Source: a virus
DNA: 64,000 nt
IMG/VR virus record: IMGVR_UViG_3300020200_000014
Location: 1 to 64,000 of that record
Reading direction: 5' to 3' (one strand)
Shown: positions 18,168-27,433 of the stretch, one piece after another
How the letters are laid out: every line of letters begins with the position of its first letter
How positions within the stretch are numbered: the first letter of the stretch is position 1
Notes under the pieces: model-generated
What the model saw: only the letters and a program-made list of their open reading frames with translations
Databases searched by the model: none
Told to the model about the DNA's origin: nothing
Program-made: the position numbers and the translations under genes

Positions 18168-19111
18168 TTAAGAAAGTCATTTAAAATCATCGAAATATTA
18201 TCAAAATCTATAAAAGAAATGGCTAGCAAAGGAACTTGATTTTCTTCACACCATTTCTTTTTTATTCCATCAGTAATTTTTATTCTATCAAAATTTAATT
18301 TATTATCACCACCACCAAATGTAACAGGCATGTAATGATGTTCTCCTTGGTATTCTATGGCTTTGATTTTGTCATCTTGAAACACAACAAAGTCAAAAGG
18401 GAGACTTCTTTTATTTTTACAAGATTCAAATTTAAATTGTGATTCAAACTTTAAATTATTTTCTTCTAAATAAAACCTAATTTTGCGTTCTCCTTTAGAT
18501 TCCTTGCATTTGGGGCAACCTGATTTTCTAAAAACATGATTATGAGGAGTTTGTTTAAATTCACCATGTTTAGGACAAATAATTACAACATGAGTATCTT
18601 TATTTATGTAAATTGACTTTCCATAATTATATTTGTTACCATGTACATTTTTAGCTCTTTCTATAAAATCTTCCAAAGTTAATGATGTTACTGTGCCGAT
18701 ATATTCAGTCATACAATCCCAACATCCATGACCCTTTAAATGATTAGTTGGAAATTGTTTAAAAATTCCATGTTTTGGGCAAATAATGTCCACTCTTATT
18801 TTAGAATCTATATAATCCACAAGGCTATAATCATACTTATTACCATGCACTTTTTTAGCTACATTAATAAATTTATCATTATCATATTTTAATGAATTAC
18901 TAACTTTCTCTCTACCACATTTAGGACATCCTATTTTATTACACAAATGTTGATTTGGTGTTTGTGAAAAGTCGCCATGTTTAGGACAAGTAATGATTAT
19001 TTTGGTTTTAGCAGTTATATAAACTACCTTGTCATAGCTATATGCGTTGCCAAACTTTAGAATAGCTTTTTCGATGAATTCTTTAGTGTTACTTCTGGTA
19101 TTACTTCGCAT
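18164..19111 (-). CDS. homing-endonuclease-like protein: three CPKHG Zn-ribbon repeats plus PD-(D/E)xK domain
   Basis: ICPKHGxFxQxPxxH...GCPKC x3; SKGE, LPFDF, IEYQGEHH. Confidence 0.8.
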   Translation of the reverse strand: MRSNTRSNTKEFIEKAILKFGNAYSYDKVVYITAKTKIIITCPKHGDFSQTPNQHLCNKIGCPKCGREKVSNSLKYDNDKFINVAKKVHGNKYDYSLVDYIDSKIRVDIICPKHGIFKQFPTNHLKGHGCWDCMTEYIGTVTSLTLEDFIERAKNVHGNKYNYGKSIYINKDTHVVIICPKHGEFKQTPHNHVFRKSGCPKCKESKGERKIRFYLEENNLKFESQFKFESCKNKRSLPFDFVVFQDDKIKAIEYQGEHHYMPVTFGGGDNKLNFDRIKITDGIKKKWCEENQVPLLAISFIDFDNISMILNDFLN

Positions 19112-19113
19112 TT

Positions 19114-19533
19114 TTAATACTGCTTAGCTGGCCACCAAAAGACATAAGTATAAGCACCAGAATTAGTCGTAAAAGTTTTAGCTGGCCAATTCAGAGGATT
19201 AACCCAATTAACCTGCCACTCTACCACTCCCATTCTTTTATCTTGATCTGATTCTGCAATTGTTTTTTGTGGTTTAGGCAATAATTCTTCATGGTTTTCC
19301 CAATAACCCCATTGGTCTTCATTATTTGGATTTTGTATAACTATACCCAAATTAAAATACTTTTGTATAATTTGTTCAACTCTAATCTTACTTAAACCAG
19401 TTTCTTTAGATATAGCTGAAGTAGATCGCCATAACTGACCTGGATTCCTAGCTAACTTAACAAAGAATTTAAACTCTTCATCACCTTCAGGTGTACCTGC
19501 TGGATATATATTAGTCCATTTCTCTGGTTTCAT
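19114..19533 (-). CDS. hypothetical protein with winged-HTH-like segment
   Basis: WRSTSAISKETGLSKIRVEQII; AGGAG SD. Confidence 0.6.
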   Translation of the reverse strand: MKPEKWTNIYPAGTPEGDEEFKFFVKLARNPGQLWRSTSAISKETGLSKIRVEQIIQKYFNLGIVIQNPNNEDQWGYWENHEELLPKPQKTIAESDQDKRMGVVEWQVNWVNPLNWPAKTFTTNSGAYTYVFWWPAKQY

Positions 19534-19610
19534 TTTTTGCTCCTTTTACTATTATAGTATGCGATTTTATTAAATCTTGCATATATAATTATAACTAAAA
19601 AGGCTATAAA

Positions 19611-20036
19611 ATGCGATACACAAGAAAATTAAATAAGTACGAACGTAGAGAAGACCTTAAAGTACGTAAAACAGAAGCCCTAAAAGGCACTGGAAAATAC
19701 GTATTCAAAAACAATACCAGCGGTACTTTAAAATTACCCAAACCTGCTTTAGATGGCCGTTTAAATATACCAAAAGACGGAACATTTGAAGGTGATAGCT
19801 ATTTTATGAGCTATGTTCCTACCCTCTTAAGATTTATCAATGAAATAACCGAAATAAAGGAGAATGAAATGGAAGAACAGAAACTAATTTTAGATCAACC
19901 AAATAAAATTACCAACCAAGGTACAGTAGAACAAGTTATGACAAAAGAAAAACAAATCCTTATAGAGCAGCCAGCAAAAGGCGATGTTTTACTTAATGAA
20001 GACCCAATGGCAGGGATTGAAATAATTAATGACTGA
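19611..20036 (+). CDS. hypothetical protein
   Basis: 141 aa ORF followed by terminator. Confidence 0.6.
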   Translation: MRYTRKLNKYERREDLKVRKTEALKGTGKYVFKNNTSGTLKLPKPALDGRLNIPKDGTFEGDSYFMSYVPTLLRFINEITEIKENEMEEQKLILDQPNKITNQGTVEQVMTKEKQILIEQPAKGDVLLNEDPMAGIEIIND

Positions 20037-20050
20037 CAGTGACCTCCAAT

Positions 20051-20090
20051 AACAAAAAAGACTAGTGTAAAAACTAGTCTTTTTTTGTTT
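20051..20090. terminator. bidirectional rho-independent terminator
   Basis: AACAAAAAAGACTAG-tgtaaaaa-CTAGTCTTTTTTTGTT between convergent genes. Confidence 0.85.
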
Positions 20091-20113
20091 CATCAAATGG
20101 AAACTTTTAAAGC

Positions 20114-20752
20114 TTAGTATCCAAAACGGACAAAACCGAATGGACGATAAGCCCTAAATCCATAGCTATAAGAAGGATAGCTATAAGAGACAGCAAAGCT
20201 TGGGTAAGCAACAGGAGTCTGACAAACAGGAGCAGGATCAGCCACTGGTGCTTGATATGCTACTGGCTCTGCACAAACAGGAGTAGCGACAGCGTAAGGT
20301 GCAGATACAGGAGCGTAAGCAACAGGTGTATATGCTACAGGTGGTGCATATCCAAAGCTGCTAAAACCTACATTGCCATATCCAAAGCTACGAAAACCTA
20401 CATGACTACCATAACCGTGATTTCCAACAAAGAAAGCACGATTAAAGCCATGACCATGTACAGCAACAGCGTTGAAACCGTGATTTCCAACAAAGAAAGC
20501 ACGATTAAAGCCATGACCACTAACAGCAACAGCAGAGTTCCTACTAAAGCCACTAACAGCTACAGCAGATGCGGCAGATGTAGATGCAGCAGCAGATGCA
20601 CTTCCATTACCCCTGGCAAACGTTCTGGTAACACTAGTACCGTTAGCTCTGGTAACAGTTTTGCTCTTGGCAACACTTCGAGCGCCCTCAGAAGTAGTGG
20701 TCAAGCAAGCAAACATAGCTATTGCAATTAAACTAGCGAAAATTTTCTTCAT
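20114..20752 (-). CDS. secreted low-complexity protein with Gly/His/Phe repeats and Pro/Ala/Tyr tail
   Basis: Signal peptide; AVAVxGHGFNRAFFVGNHG x2; AAAGGAG SD. Confidence 0.75.
   Translation of the reverse strand: MKKIFASLIAIAMFACLTTTSEGARSVAKSKTVTRANGTSVTRTFARGNGSASAAASTSAASAVAVSGFSRNSAVAVSGHGFNRAFFVGNHGFNAVAVHGHGFNRAFFVGNHGYGSHVGFRSFGYGNVGFSSFGYAPPVAYTPVAYAPVSAPYAVATPVCAEPVAYQAPVADPAPVCQTPVAYPSFAVSYSYPSYSYGFRAYRPFGFVRFGY
20413..20533. repeat. 63-bp coding tandem repeat (21 aa unit x2)
   Basis: aaccgtgatttccaacaaagaaagcacgattaaagccatgacca at 20413 and 20476. Confidence 0.85.
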
Positions 20753-20809
20753 ATTTCTCTCCTTTCAAATTAATGTAGTAGTATATTTAAAATTTTTCCA
20801 AAATTATTT

Positions 20810-21541
20810 TTACATTCCATCCAACCAAGCCAAAACAGCATCATATTCTTCATTATTCAATCTAAATTGAGAATGGGTTGGCGGCATTCTCCTTCTTTCA
20901 ACTTGATTCCTAATGCTTCTCCAAGACACGTCAGGATTAAATAAATTAGGCTGTAAAAAAATCTGAGTTTCCCCTTCTGCCCCTCTTCCTGTGTGACAAG
21001 CAGCACAATTCCTATTTAATGCTCCCATAGCAATAGGTGCAGCCTGTTCTCTTGTCATTTTACTAGCTTGTGGAGCATTAATTTTTTGATTTGGCCTTGG
21101 GTTAATCCCAGGAGGCAAACCAGGATTAGAAACAGGATTAGGATTTTGTGGCTGTAAGTTTTGTGTTGAAGGGTCAATTGCTACTGGAGGTCCATTTTCA
21201 GTTTCAGCTTGCCTTTGCATTTCTTCAATTAATGCCTTAGCTAAAGCTCGCATTCTATCATCTTGATTGTCAGAAGACTGAGGTATTACAGGACTTGCAG
21301 CAACATTATGAACAGGTGTTGCTGAAGCTGCTGCGGGCATTACTGGAACTGCACATGGGGGTTGATACTGAAAAGTATAGGCTGGAACTATTACCGGAAC
21401 AGCAACTTCTCTTACAACTTCTTTAACATAATAGTTATTGTAATAGTTGCCGCTATAATAATTACCCCTGTAATATCCAGATGCACTAACTAATCCAGCA
21501 CAAACAAAAAGTCCAAAAATTGATAAAATTAATTTTTTCAT
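20810..21541 (-). CDS. secreted protein with C-terminal monoheme cytochrome c domain
   Basis: Signal peptide; NCAACH heme motif with distal RMPP Met ligand; Pro-rich linker. Confidence 0.75.
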   Translation of the reverse strand: MKKLILSIFGLFVCAGLVSASGYYRGNYYSGNYYNNYYVKEVVREVAVPVIVPAYTFQYQPPCAVPVMPAAASATPVHNVAASPVIPQSSDNQDDRMRALAKALIEEMQRQAETENGPPVAIDPSTQNLQPQNPNPVSNPGLPPGINPRPNQKINAPQASKMTREQAAPIAMGALNRNCAACHTGRGAEGETQIFLQPNLFNPDVSWRSIRNQVERRRMPPTHSQFRLNNEEYDAVLAWLDGM

Positions 21542-21607
21542 TTATTACCTCTTAATTAAAAAAGTAATAATTTAAAAAAAAAATTAATTTATTTTTAGGT
21601 TTTTCCG

Positions 21608-23251
21608 TCATTTCCCCTCAGCGATAATATGCATCATATTTTGATAGCTTTTTTCAAATTGATCACGCCTTACTGGACGTACTGGTGTTTTAGTTAATCC
21701 AAGCAAAACATTATCATTAGACTGTTGAATATAATGATCTAATCTTGACAAAGGTATGCCCAATTCATTAGATACAGTTTCACGATCAAGCAAAATTTCA
21801 TTATAACTATTCCATATAGCACCAAACTGTCTTGCATTAATTTCGCTTTTTAGTCCATTTGACCTAGCAACCGCAGCCGCATAAATATTTTGATCTGATA
21901 CTATTTTTTCATCTAAATCAGTTCCAAATAGGTCTTCGATTCTATATTGATCATCTTTACTTAACCCAAGCAAAGCAACTGATGATCTGTTTTGCAGCTT
22001 TTTAGTTAAAGCTCTAATTTCATCATTAATTGGCCTAATACCGTCTACATGACATATTATGCATGAGCGTCCATTTCTAACTACTCGATCCGCAGAATTA
22101 TTATCTACAGCAATGTCAGGGTTAGCAAAGTCCAGTCTGCTACCTTTTCCATCAGTTAAAAAATATGCTTGAAGACCATTGGGTAAACTACCAATATCTT
22201 CTGTAGCATCAAACTTTTCATGCAAAACATTTTGTACATAATGTCTTTCGTCAACACTAGTTAAAGAATCATGACTTTGCCAGTAATATCCATCAGTAAA
22301 AGTTGGACTTCTAAGTAAAGTTCTATTATTACGTGCAACAATAGAAGTAACAACAACACCTTTATATTGTGATCTTGCTTTTACTGCCAAATCTTCATTA
22401 GTAAAGACTAGATTTTGGAAGTCTTTAATGTTTTTGCCTAATCCTAGAAATTCATAGTATGCTGGGGCAACACTGGCATTTGTAATAAACCAGTCTGCCC
22501 TTAGTACAGGAAATTCGCTGTAAGTTTCTTGACAGAGATATTTCCAAGCATTAGGATTAATCCAAGGAGGATGAGCATATTGTATTTTGCCATTTCTTAC
22601 TTCTCTTGCTATTAAAACTTTTCTAATATCTGAATCTGTGACCCAAACTTGTTTCCCAGCATGATCTATAAGCACATATTTGCCAGAAAGTCTAAGTGCT
22701 TTATATTCTTGTCCGGCATTAACGTGAGCATATGGGCTACTGGTATTAGGTAAATAAACAGCACAATTATCTGTTTGAATTCTGACGGTATCTCCGACAA
22801 CAATTTTTTCAACAGTAACTTTATCTGGGTCTACAAAGAATCGTTTTTGTATATAGTGGAAATAAGGTTCCGGTTGGGCTTTTGGGCCACTTCCTTTATA
22901 TCCTAGATTTTCCCAAGCACTTGTATTCCAGTCATATTGGTCAATGCTTAATCTAATAACTGTTTCATCTGAATTACCTACGAACAAAGGTATATACATT
23001 TTCTTTCTTCGGCCTAAAGAATTAACCAAGAAAGATACTGTTTGGGCAACTTCTCTGCGTTTTTCTTTAGGTATATTATAAAGCGAAAGATACCTTATAT
23101 ATTTACGTTCTTGTCTAGGGACGCTTGCTAAATCTTGTGCGGCTAATCTAACAGAACTATCTGGCGTGAAACGGGTTATAATAACTTGTTGTGCTGTTAA
23201 TGGAAGGGCCGCAACTATTAATGTTGATATAATTAAAAGTGTTTTTTTCAT
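21608..23251 (-). CDS. secreted heme-c (CxxCH) protein of planctomycete-like type with SH3-like insert
   Basis: MKKTLLII signal peptide; RYLSL, RADWF, LPNGLQAYFLTDGKG, VRNGRSCIICH. Confidence 0.7.
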   Translation of the reverse strand: MKKTLLIISTLIVAALPLTAQQVIITRFTPDSSVRLAAQDLASVPRQERKYIRYLSLYNIPKEKRREVAQTVSFLVNSLGRRKKMYIPLFVGNSDETVIRLSIDQYDWNTSAWENLGYKGSGPKAQPEPYFHYIQKRFFVDPDKVTVEKIVVGDTVRIQTDNCAVYLPNTSSPYAHVNAGQEYKALRLSGKYVLIDHAGKQVWVTDSDIRKVLIAREVRNGKIQYAHPPWINPNAWKYLCQETYSEFPVLRADWFITNASVAPAYYEFLGLGKNIKDFQNLVFTNEDLAVKARSQYKGVVVTSIVARNNRTLLRSPTFTDGYYWQSHDSLTSVDERHYVQNVLHEKFDATEDIGSLPNGLQAYFLTDGKGSRLDFANPDIAVDNNSADRVVRNGRSCIICHVDGIRPINDEIRALTKKLQNRSSVALLGLSKDDQYRIEDLFGTDLDEKIVSDQNIYAAAVARSNGLKSEINARQFGAIWNSYNEILLDRETVSNELGIPLSRLDHYIQQSNDNVLLGLTKTPVRPVRRDQFEKSYQNMMHIIAEGK

Positions 23252-23363
23252 TATAGATTCTCTGATTACATTAATTATATCAAATAAAAAAACCATATCA
23301 ATAGGAATTTTTAATTTTCCTATTAATATGGTCAGCTAAATGGATATTAGCCTAAGGTTGAGT

Positions 23364-23768
23364 TTACTTTTTAATCATATTCATAATCCATTGAGAAATA
23401 AGAGCAACCAATTGTGGCCCAAATTTCTCAACAAGAATTGGCAGATATTTCTCAAGAATAAGTGGCAGGTAATTATTGATTAAAGCGTCAATAAATGAAG
23501 AGTCCATACCACGGAAGGTTTGTTCTGGTACGCCAGCTACTGCCATCATCTTCTTCTGGTTAAGCCAATCGACCAAAAGCTGAAGCAAGAATGGACCAAA
23601 CTTATCTACCATTTCAGTAATAAATTGTATTGTAATTCCATGACGTGCAGCTTCAATTAAAAGGGCAAGCACATCAGACCCCCATTTTTCTAATACGTCT
23701 GCAATCCAATTGGTGTCAAAGCCGAATTCAGCAGCCGAAGCTTTCATTGTTTCAATATCGTTAGCCAT
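23364..23768 (-). CDS. amphipathic helical-repeat protein
   Basis: Repeated (E/D)K(W/F/Y)(G/L)(P/S)x(L/V)(L/V) units; AAGGGGG SD. Confidence 0.65.
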   Translation of the reverse strand: MANDIETMKASAAEFGFDTNWIADVLEKWGSDVLALLIEAARHGITIQFITEMVDKFGPFLLQLLVDWLNQKKMMAVAGVPEQTFRGMDSSFIDALINNYLPLILEKYLPILVEKFGPQLVALISQWIMNMIKK

Positions 23769-23797
23769 AAATCCCCCTTTGTTTTTATTTAAACTTA

Positions 23798-24628
23798 TTA
23801 AGCCACTTTTGCTACAGGAACATCATCTTCAGATGTTTTATCTAATGGATCGTCAATTAATGTTTGAATAGCAAAAGCATCAGGACGCATAAATTGAAAA
23901 TGCCCTTTATGAATATAACAATACCCCTTCATGCCAAAGCGAATTGACCAACTATTCAAAATCTTAATTAACCACCCATATTTTTGTGATTTCTTAAGCC
24001 CCACGCCTAAAATGGCATGACCACCCCCTCCTCTGTTTGGCAATGGGGCTACACCATCACTGTCAAGTTGTGGGAAATTAGACCCTACTAAAATTCCCAA
24101 TGGACAAACAAAACCTAACGAGATGGCGGAACAAATTTCCTCAAAAGTAGCACAACGAAATGCCTTTTCTAATCTAAATCTCTTGGCATTTTCGAAAGCT
24201 TGTGGAGGAAATTGATTTTGATACATTAAACCAGCAGGTAAGAATTCTTTGGGGCAAGCGCCAGAAGCCATTAATTCGCTTAATGTTTGTGAAATCATAG
24301 CCCCAGCATCTTTTCCACCATTAATTAATCCATATGTAAAAAATGGATTAAATTCAGTAAGTGGTTTGCCTGTTTTAAGAGTACAAACATGCATTCCGCC
24401 ATTTGAAGCAAAAGCAGTACAAGCGCTGGTAGCTTTTTGATCTAATACAGGCGGATTTAACCAACTCATATCTATTTCTTGCCATTCTGCTGCTGCTAAT
24501 CCCATTTGATCCCCGAACATAGGGAAACCAAATAGAGATTCATCACTAGATGGAATACAACCTAATACTCTGTATTCGCCGTCAAATTTTATAGCTGGCA
24601 GATTACTTATAGATAATTTTCCTATCAT
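23798..24628 (-). CDS. papain-like C1 cysteine peptidase
   Basis: DQKATSACTAFA, GGGHAI, LNSWSIRFG. Confidence 0.85.
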   Translation of the reverse strand: MIGKLSISNLPAIKFDGEYRVLGCIPSSDESLFGFPMFGDQMGLAAAEWQEIDMSWLNPPVLDQKATSACTAFASNGGMHVCTLKTGKPLTEFNPFFTYGLINGGKDAGAMISQTLSELMASGACPKEFLPAGLMYQNQFPPQAFENAKRFRLEKAFRCATFEEICSAISLGFVCPLGILVGSNFPQLDSDGVAPLPNRGGGGHAILGVGLKKSQKYGWLIKILNSWSIRFGMKGYCYIHKGHFQFMRPDAFAIQTLIDDPLDKTSEDDVPVAKVA

Positions 24629-25380
24629 TTCTTAGCTCCTCCGGTTGCTGCATTTATAATAGCAATAGCTTCTGTATCAGTTCTTGGTGCAGTTTGAGCA
24701 GCTACTATGGTTCCGTCATTTCTTTGGATAACCATAATTGCGTTTCCACCAATGCGTTGCACTACACCTTGTAAATTCTTTTGTTGGACAATTGGAGATT
24801 TCATATCATATAATCTAAAAAAGTTGCCTTTAGATGTAATAGCTTTCCTTAAGTTCTCTGAATTAAGTAAAGTTGCAAGTTCTGGAGTTGTATTATTCAT
24901 ATCTACTAAAAAAGTAATATGATAGGTGCCAGTTGGTTGAGGATTTGGTGTAGGAGTTGGTGTAGGAGTTGGGGTTGGGTTGGGTGTTGGATTATTGCCT
25001 TGGCTAATGTTTATATTAGTCATGGCAAAATCTGTTAATTTTCCATCAACAACACCAACTGCAAATACTGTAACTAAGTCTGTGTTATTAGGTATTGAAA
25101 CAATTAAAGAGTTGCTTTGTGGGACTACGAAATATTTAACTTTTGCATTTGAAATTACAAGCCATTTGACTTCGCCTTTGCATTTAGCTTGAATATTTAC
25201 AAATCCTTCATCGCTGTTAACGGTTTGATCATCTGGAAGTTCTAATCCAGCAACTTTATTTCCTTTAGCTTTAACTACTTCTGCTTCTTTGGTTTCTTGT
25301 TTCTCGACAGTTGGTTGCTGTGAAATAGCCAAACCTGCTAATGCGAATACCATTAAAAGGGAAAATATTACTTTTTTCAT
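24625..25380 (-). CDS. secreted two-domain protein with Pro-Thr linker
   Basis: Signal peptide, beta-rich domain, NPTPNPTPTPTPTPTPNPQP linker, alpha/beta C-terminal domain; AGGAG SD. Confidence 0.7.
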   Translation of the reverse strand: MKKVIFSLLMVFALAGLAISQQPTVEKQETKEAEVVKAKGNKVAGLELPDDQTVNSDEGFVNIQAKCKGEVKWLVISNAKVKYFVVPQSNSLIVSIPNNTDLVTVFAVGVVDGKLTDFAMTNINISQGNNPTPNPTPTPTPTPTPNPQPTGTYHITFLVDMNNTTPELATLLNSENLRKAITSKGNFFRLYDMKSPIVQQKNLQGVVQRIGGNAIMVIQRNDGTIVAAQTAPRTDTEAIAIINAATGGAKK

Positions 25381-25452
25381 GTTAAACTCCTAAATTTGCA
25401 AATTAAATAAGTATGCATTTTTATTTTTTAAAAAAATTTCTAAATAAATATA

Positions 25453-25614
25453 ATGGAATTTTTACTTGGCTTGCTTATAGGATTTATTTTAGGGGTATTT
25501 TTCATTCTTTGCTTTACTGATATATTAGCTAACAAAGTGGCCAGAAAAATAGTTCGTGTCGATGATGAAGATGAAGGCGATTGGCTTACTGATCCCGATT
25601 TCTGGAAAAAATGA
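25453..25614 (+). CDS. small single-TM protein (53 aa)
   Basis: MEFLLGLLIGFILGVFFILCF...DPDFWKK read manually; TAAATA directly upstream. Confidence 0.6.
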   Translation: MEFLLGLLIGFILGVFFILCFTDILANKVARKIVRVDDEDEGDWLTDPDFWKK

Positions 25615-25615
25615 A

Positions 25616-25644
25616 TTGACAAGTTAATTTGGTTTCAGTAAAGT
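25616..25644 (+). promoter_or_regulatory. sigma70-type promoter
   Basis: TTGACA-17-TAAAGT, 7 nt before ATG 25652. Confidence 0.6.
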
Positions 25645-25651
25645 GCTTTTT

Positions 25652-25912
25652 ATGAACAATTTATATATAAGGGCAAAACTTGCTGAGTTGGGAGTGGAAA
25701 AGACACCTGATGAAGCTCAAGAAATAACAAATCTATTTGAAAAAATAATTGATGATTTAACATTCAAGAAATTCAATTTGTATAGAAATATTACGCCGGA
25801 AAGATTGATTTCTTTGGCAAAAAGAAATAAAATGAGTGTGACTGAAACCAGAGATGCGATTGAAATATTGGTGACTTTAGGAAATAAAAAATTTAGCAAT
25901 GGGGACATTTAA
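25652..25912 (+). CDS. hypothetical protein
   Basis: ORF directly after promoter. Confidence 0.6.
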   Translation: MNNLYIRAKLAELGVEKTPDEAQEITNLFEKIIDDLTFKKFNLYRNITPERLISLAKRNKMSVTETRDAIEILVTLGNKKFSNGDI

Positions 25913-25998
25913 TGGACCCAGAAGCTGTGGTTATTGCCATTTATTCATTTTTTAGCGGAATTATTGTTGGTGCTTTCCTGATGTGGATTTCGAGATAA
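25912..25998 (+). CDS. tiny TM peptide (28 aa)
   Basis: MDPEAVVIAIYSFFSGIIVGAFLMWISR; TAATG coupling, GGGG SD. Confidence 0.45.
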   Translation: MDPEAVVIAIYSFFSGIIVGAFLMWISR

Positions 25999-26036
25999 TT
26001 TCGGACGAATCTAATTTTGTTACGTTACAAGAAGTT

Positions 26037-26465
26037 ATGAACAAATTACATCAAATGGTTGTGAGCATCTTAGGGCAAAGAGCAATAGATCATGCCCAAA
26101 AACGAGAGGCAATTGTAAATTCGGAAAAGAATTCAGCCCCTAGACCTGGCTTTATGTATTTTTCGTCTTCTTTTAAATATGTTGGCAAGTTAATTCTCAA
26201 AAAAGAAAAAAGTAATTTTTTTGTAGTGCCTGTTTGGGATCGACCCGCCATTGAATATCAGTACCCAAAAATCTACAAAAGAGATTTCGCACTTTTGTTT
26301 CCTTTTAAATTAATAGGGTGGGGAGAGCCAATTATAAATTTAAATCAAGGAAAATGGTTGGACGAAGAGAAGGTAAAAGCATGGAAGTTAGTAGAGATAT
26401 TAGATAATTGGAAACTTAAAGCAATTCTTAAAAAAATTGATTTAGTTTGCGGAGTTTACAATTAA
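26037..26465 (+). CDS. hypothetical protein
   Basis: ORF track 25983-26465; probable ATG 26037. Confidence 0.55.
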   Translation: MNKLHQMVVSILGQRAIDHAQKREAIVNSEKNSAPRPGFMYFSSSFKYVGKLILKKEKSNFFVVPVWDRPAIEYQYPKIYKRDFALLFPFKLIGWGEPIINLNQGKWLDEEKVKAWKLVEILDNWKLKAILKKIDLVCGVYN

Positions 26466-26548
26466 CAAGATAGAAATTGATTTTTATAAATTTTAGGGTA
26501 AAATGAATTTATCATAAAGTGCCGTTTTATTCTTAAAGGAGTAGAAGG

Positions 26549-26767
26549 ATGCACATTAAACAAGCTAAAATAGCCAAAGATAAACTAATTAAATCAATGA
26601 ATAATGATGAATTTAAAGATTGCCATCCTTTCAGCGCCTCAATAGTATTTCATGAAAAAAAATTAGCATTACAACTTATTTTGGGCAAACCTGGCAAAAA
26701 TAGAATTTGGCTAAATGAATATGAAGGTTTTCCTTTATTGGTCAAAGTAAAGGAATGCTCATATTAG
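26549..26767 (+). CDS. hypothetical protein
   Basis: AAGGAG SD; 72 aa. Confidence 0.6.
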   Translation: MHIKQAKIAKDKLIKSMNNDEFKDCHPFSASIVFHEKKLALQLILGKPGKNRIWLNEYEGFPLLVKVKECSY

Positions 26768-27425
26768 CTGCCATTCTTATTTTTTGAGCATCAGCATTAG
26801 AACAAACGCTAGGTTCAGATGGACCATTTAAATGTTGCATATGATGTCTAGAATCATCCATTATTCTTAAATGCCTTAACTCTATAGGTATTTTTTTTAT
26901 TCTTCCAGCTTTTTCGTACACTTCGCAAATATATCTGTCTGCGCCCCAAGCTGGAAAATAAGGGGGCATTGTCCAACCTAATTTTCTAGCTCCTTTTTTA
27001 CCTATAATTGGAAATTCGCAATAGCTCTTTTGCCTGCATCTGTCCCTCGGCGAATGCGGCATTGTTCTCATATTGTCGATAGTAAATCCCAATCCTATTC
27101 CGTGAAATGATTTTAGTTCTTCGCTTGCTATTGTATCCCAATTGTGCGTTAATATGTGGCTGTCATCGTTACAAATAAACAACCATTCTCCTTTTGCTTG
27201 TTGTGTAGCAAAATTATAATATTCAGACATTTTATTAAATCTTTTACTAATTAAAAGACGATGCCAAGAATAAGAAGGAATTTCTGAATAAATTGCATCT
27301 TCATCCATAATAGATAGAACTTCAATTGAATCAAGGTCATAGGTGCGTGTAGCAAAATGTTGGATAAAAGTCTGGAAAATAGCAGGACGAAAACGGGTAG
27401 GACAGATTATACTAAATTTAATCAT
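26742..27425 (-). CDS. glycosyltransferase family 2
   Basis: FSIICPTRFR, GEWLFICNDD; paralog of 34173-34898. Confidence 0.85.
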   Translation of the reverse strand: MIKFSIICPTRFRPAIFQTFIQHFATRTYDLDSIEVLSIMDEDAIYSEIPSYSWHRLLISKRFNKMSEYYNFATQQAKGEWLFICNDDSHILTHNWDTIASEELKSFHGIGLGFTIDNMRTMPHSPRDRCRQKSYCEFPIIGKKGARKLGWTMPPYFPAWGADRYICEVYEKAGRIKKIPIELRHLRIMDDSRHHMQHLNGPSEPSVCSNADAQKIRMAANMSIPLL

Positions 27426-27433
27426 AATAATTA

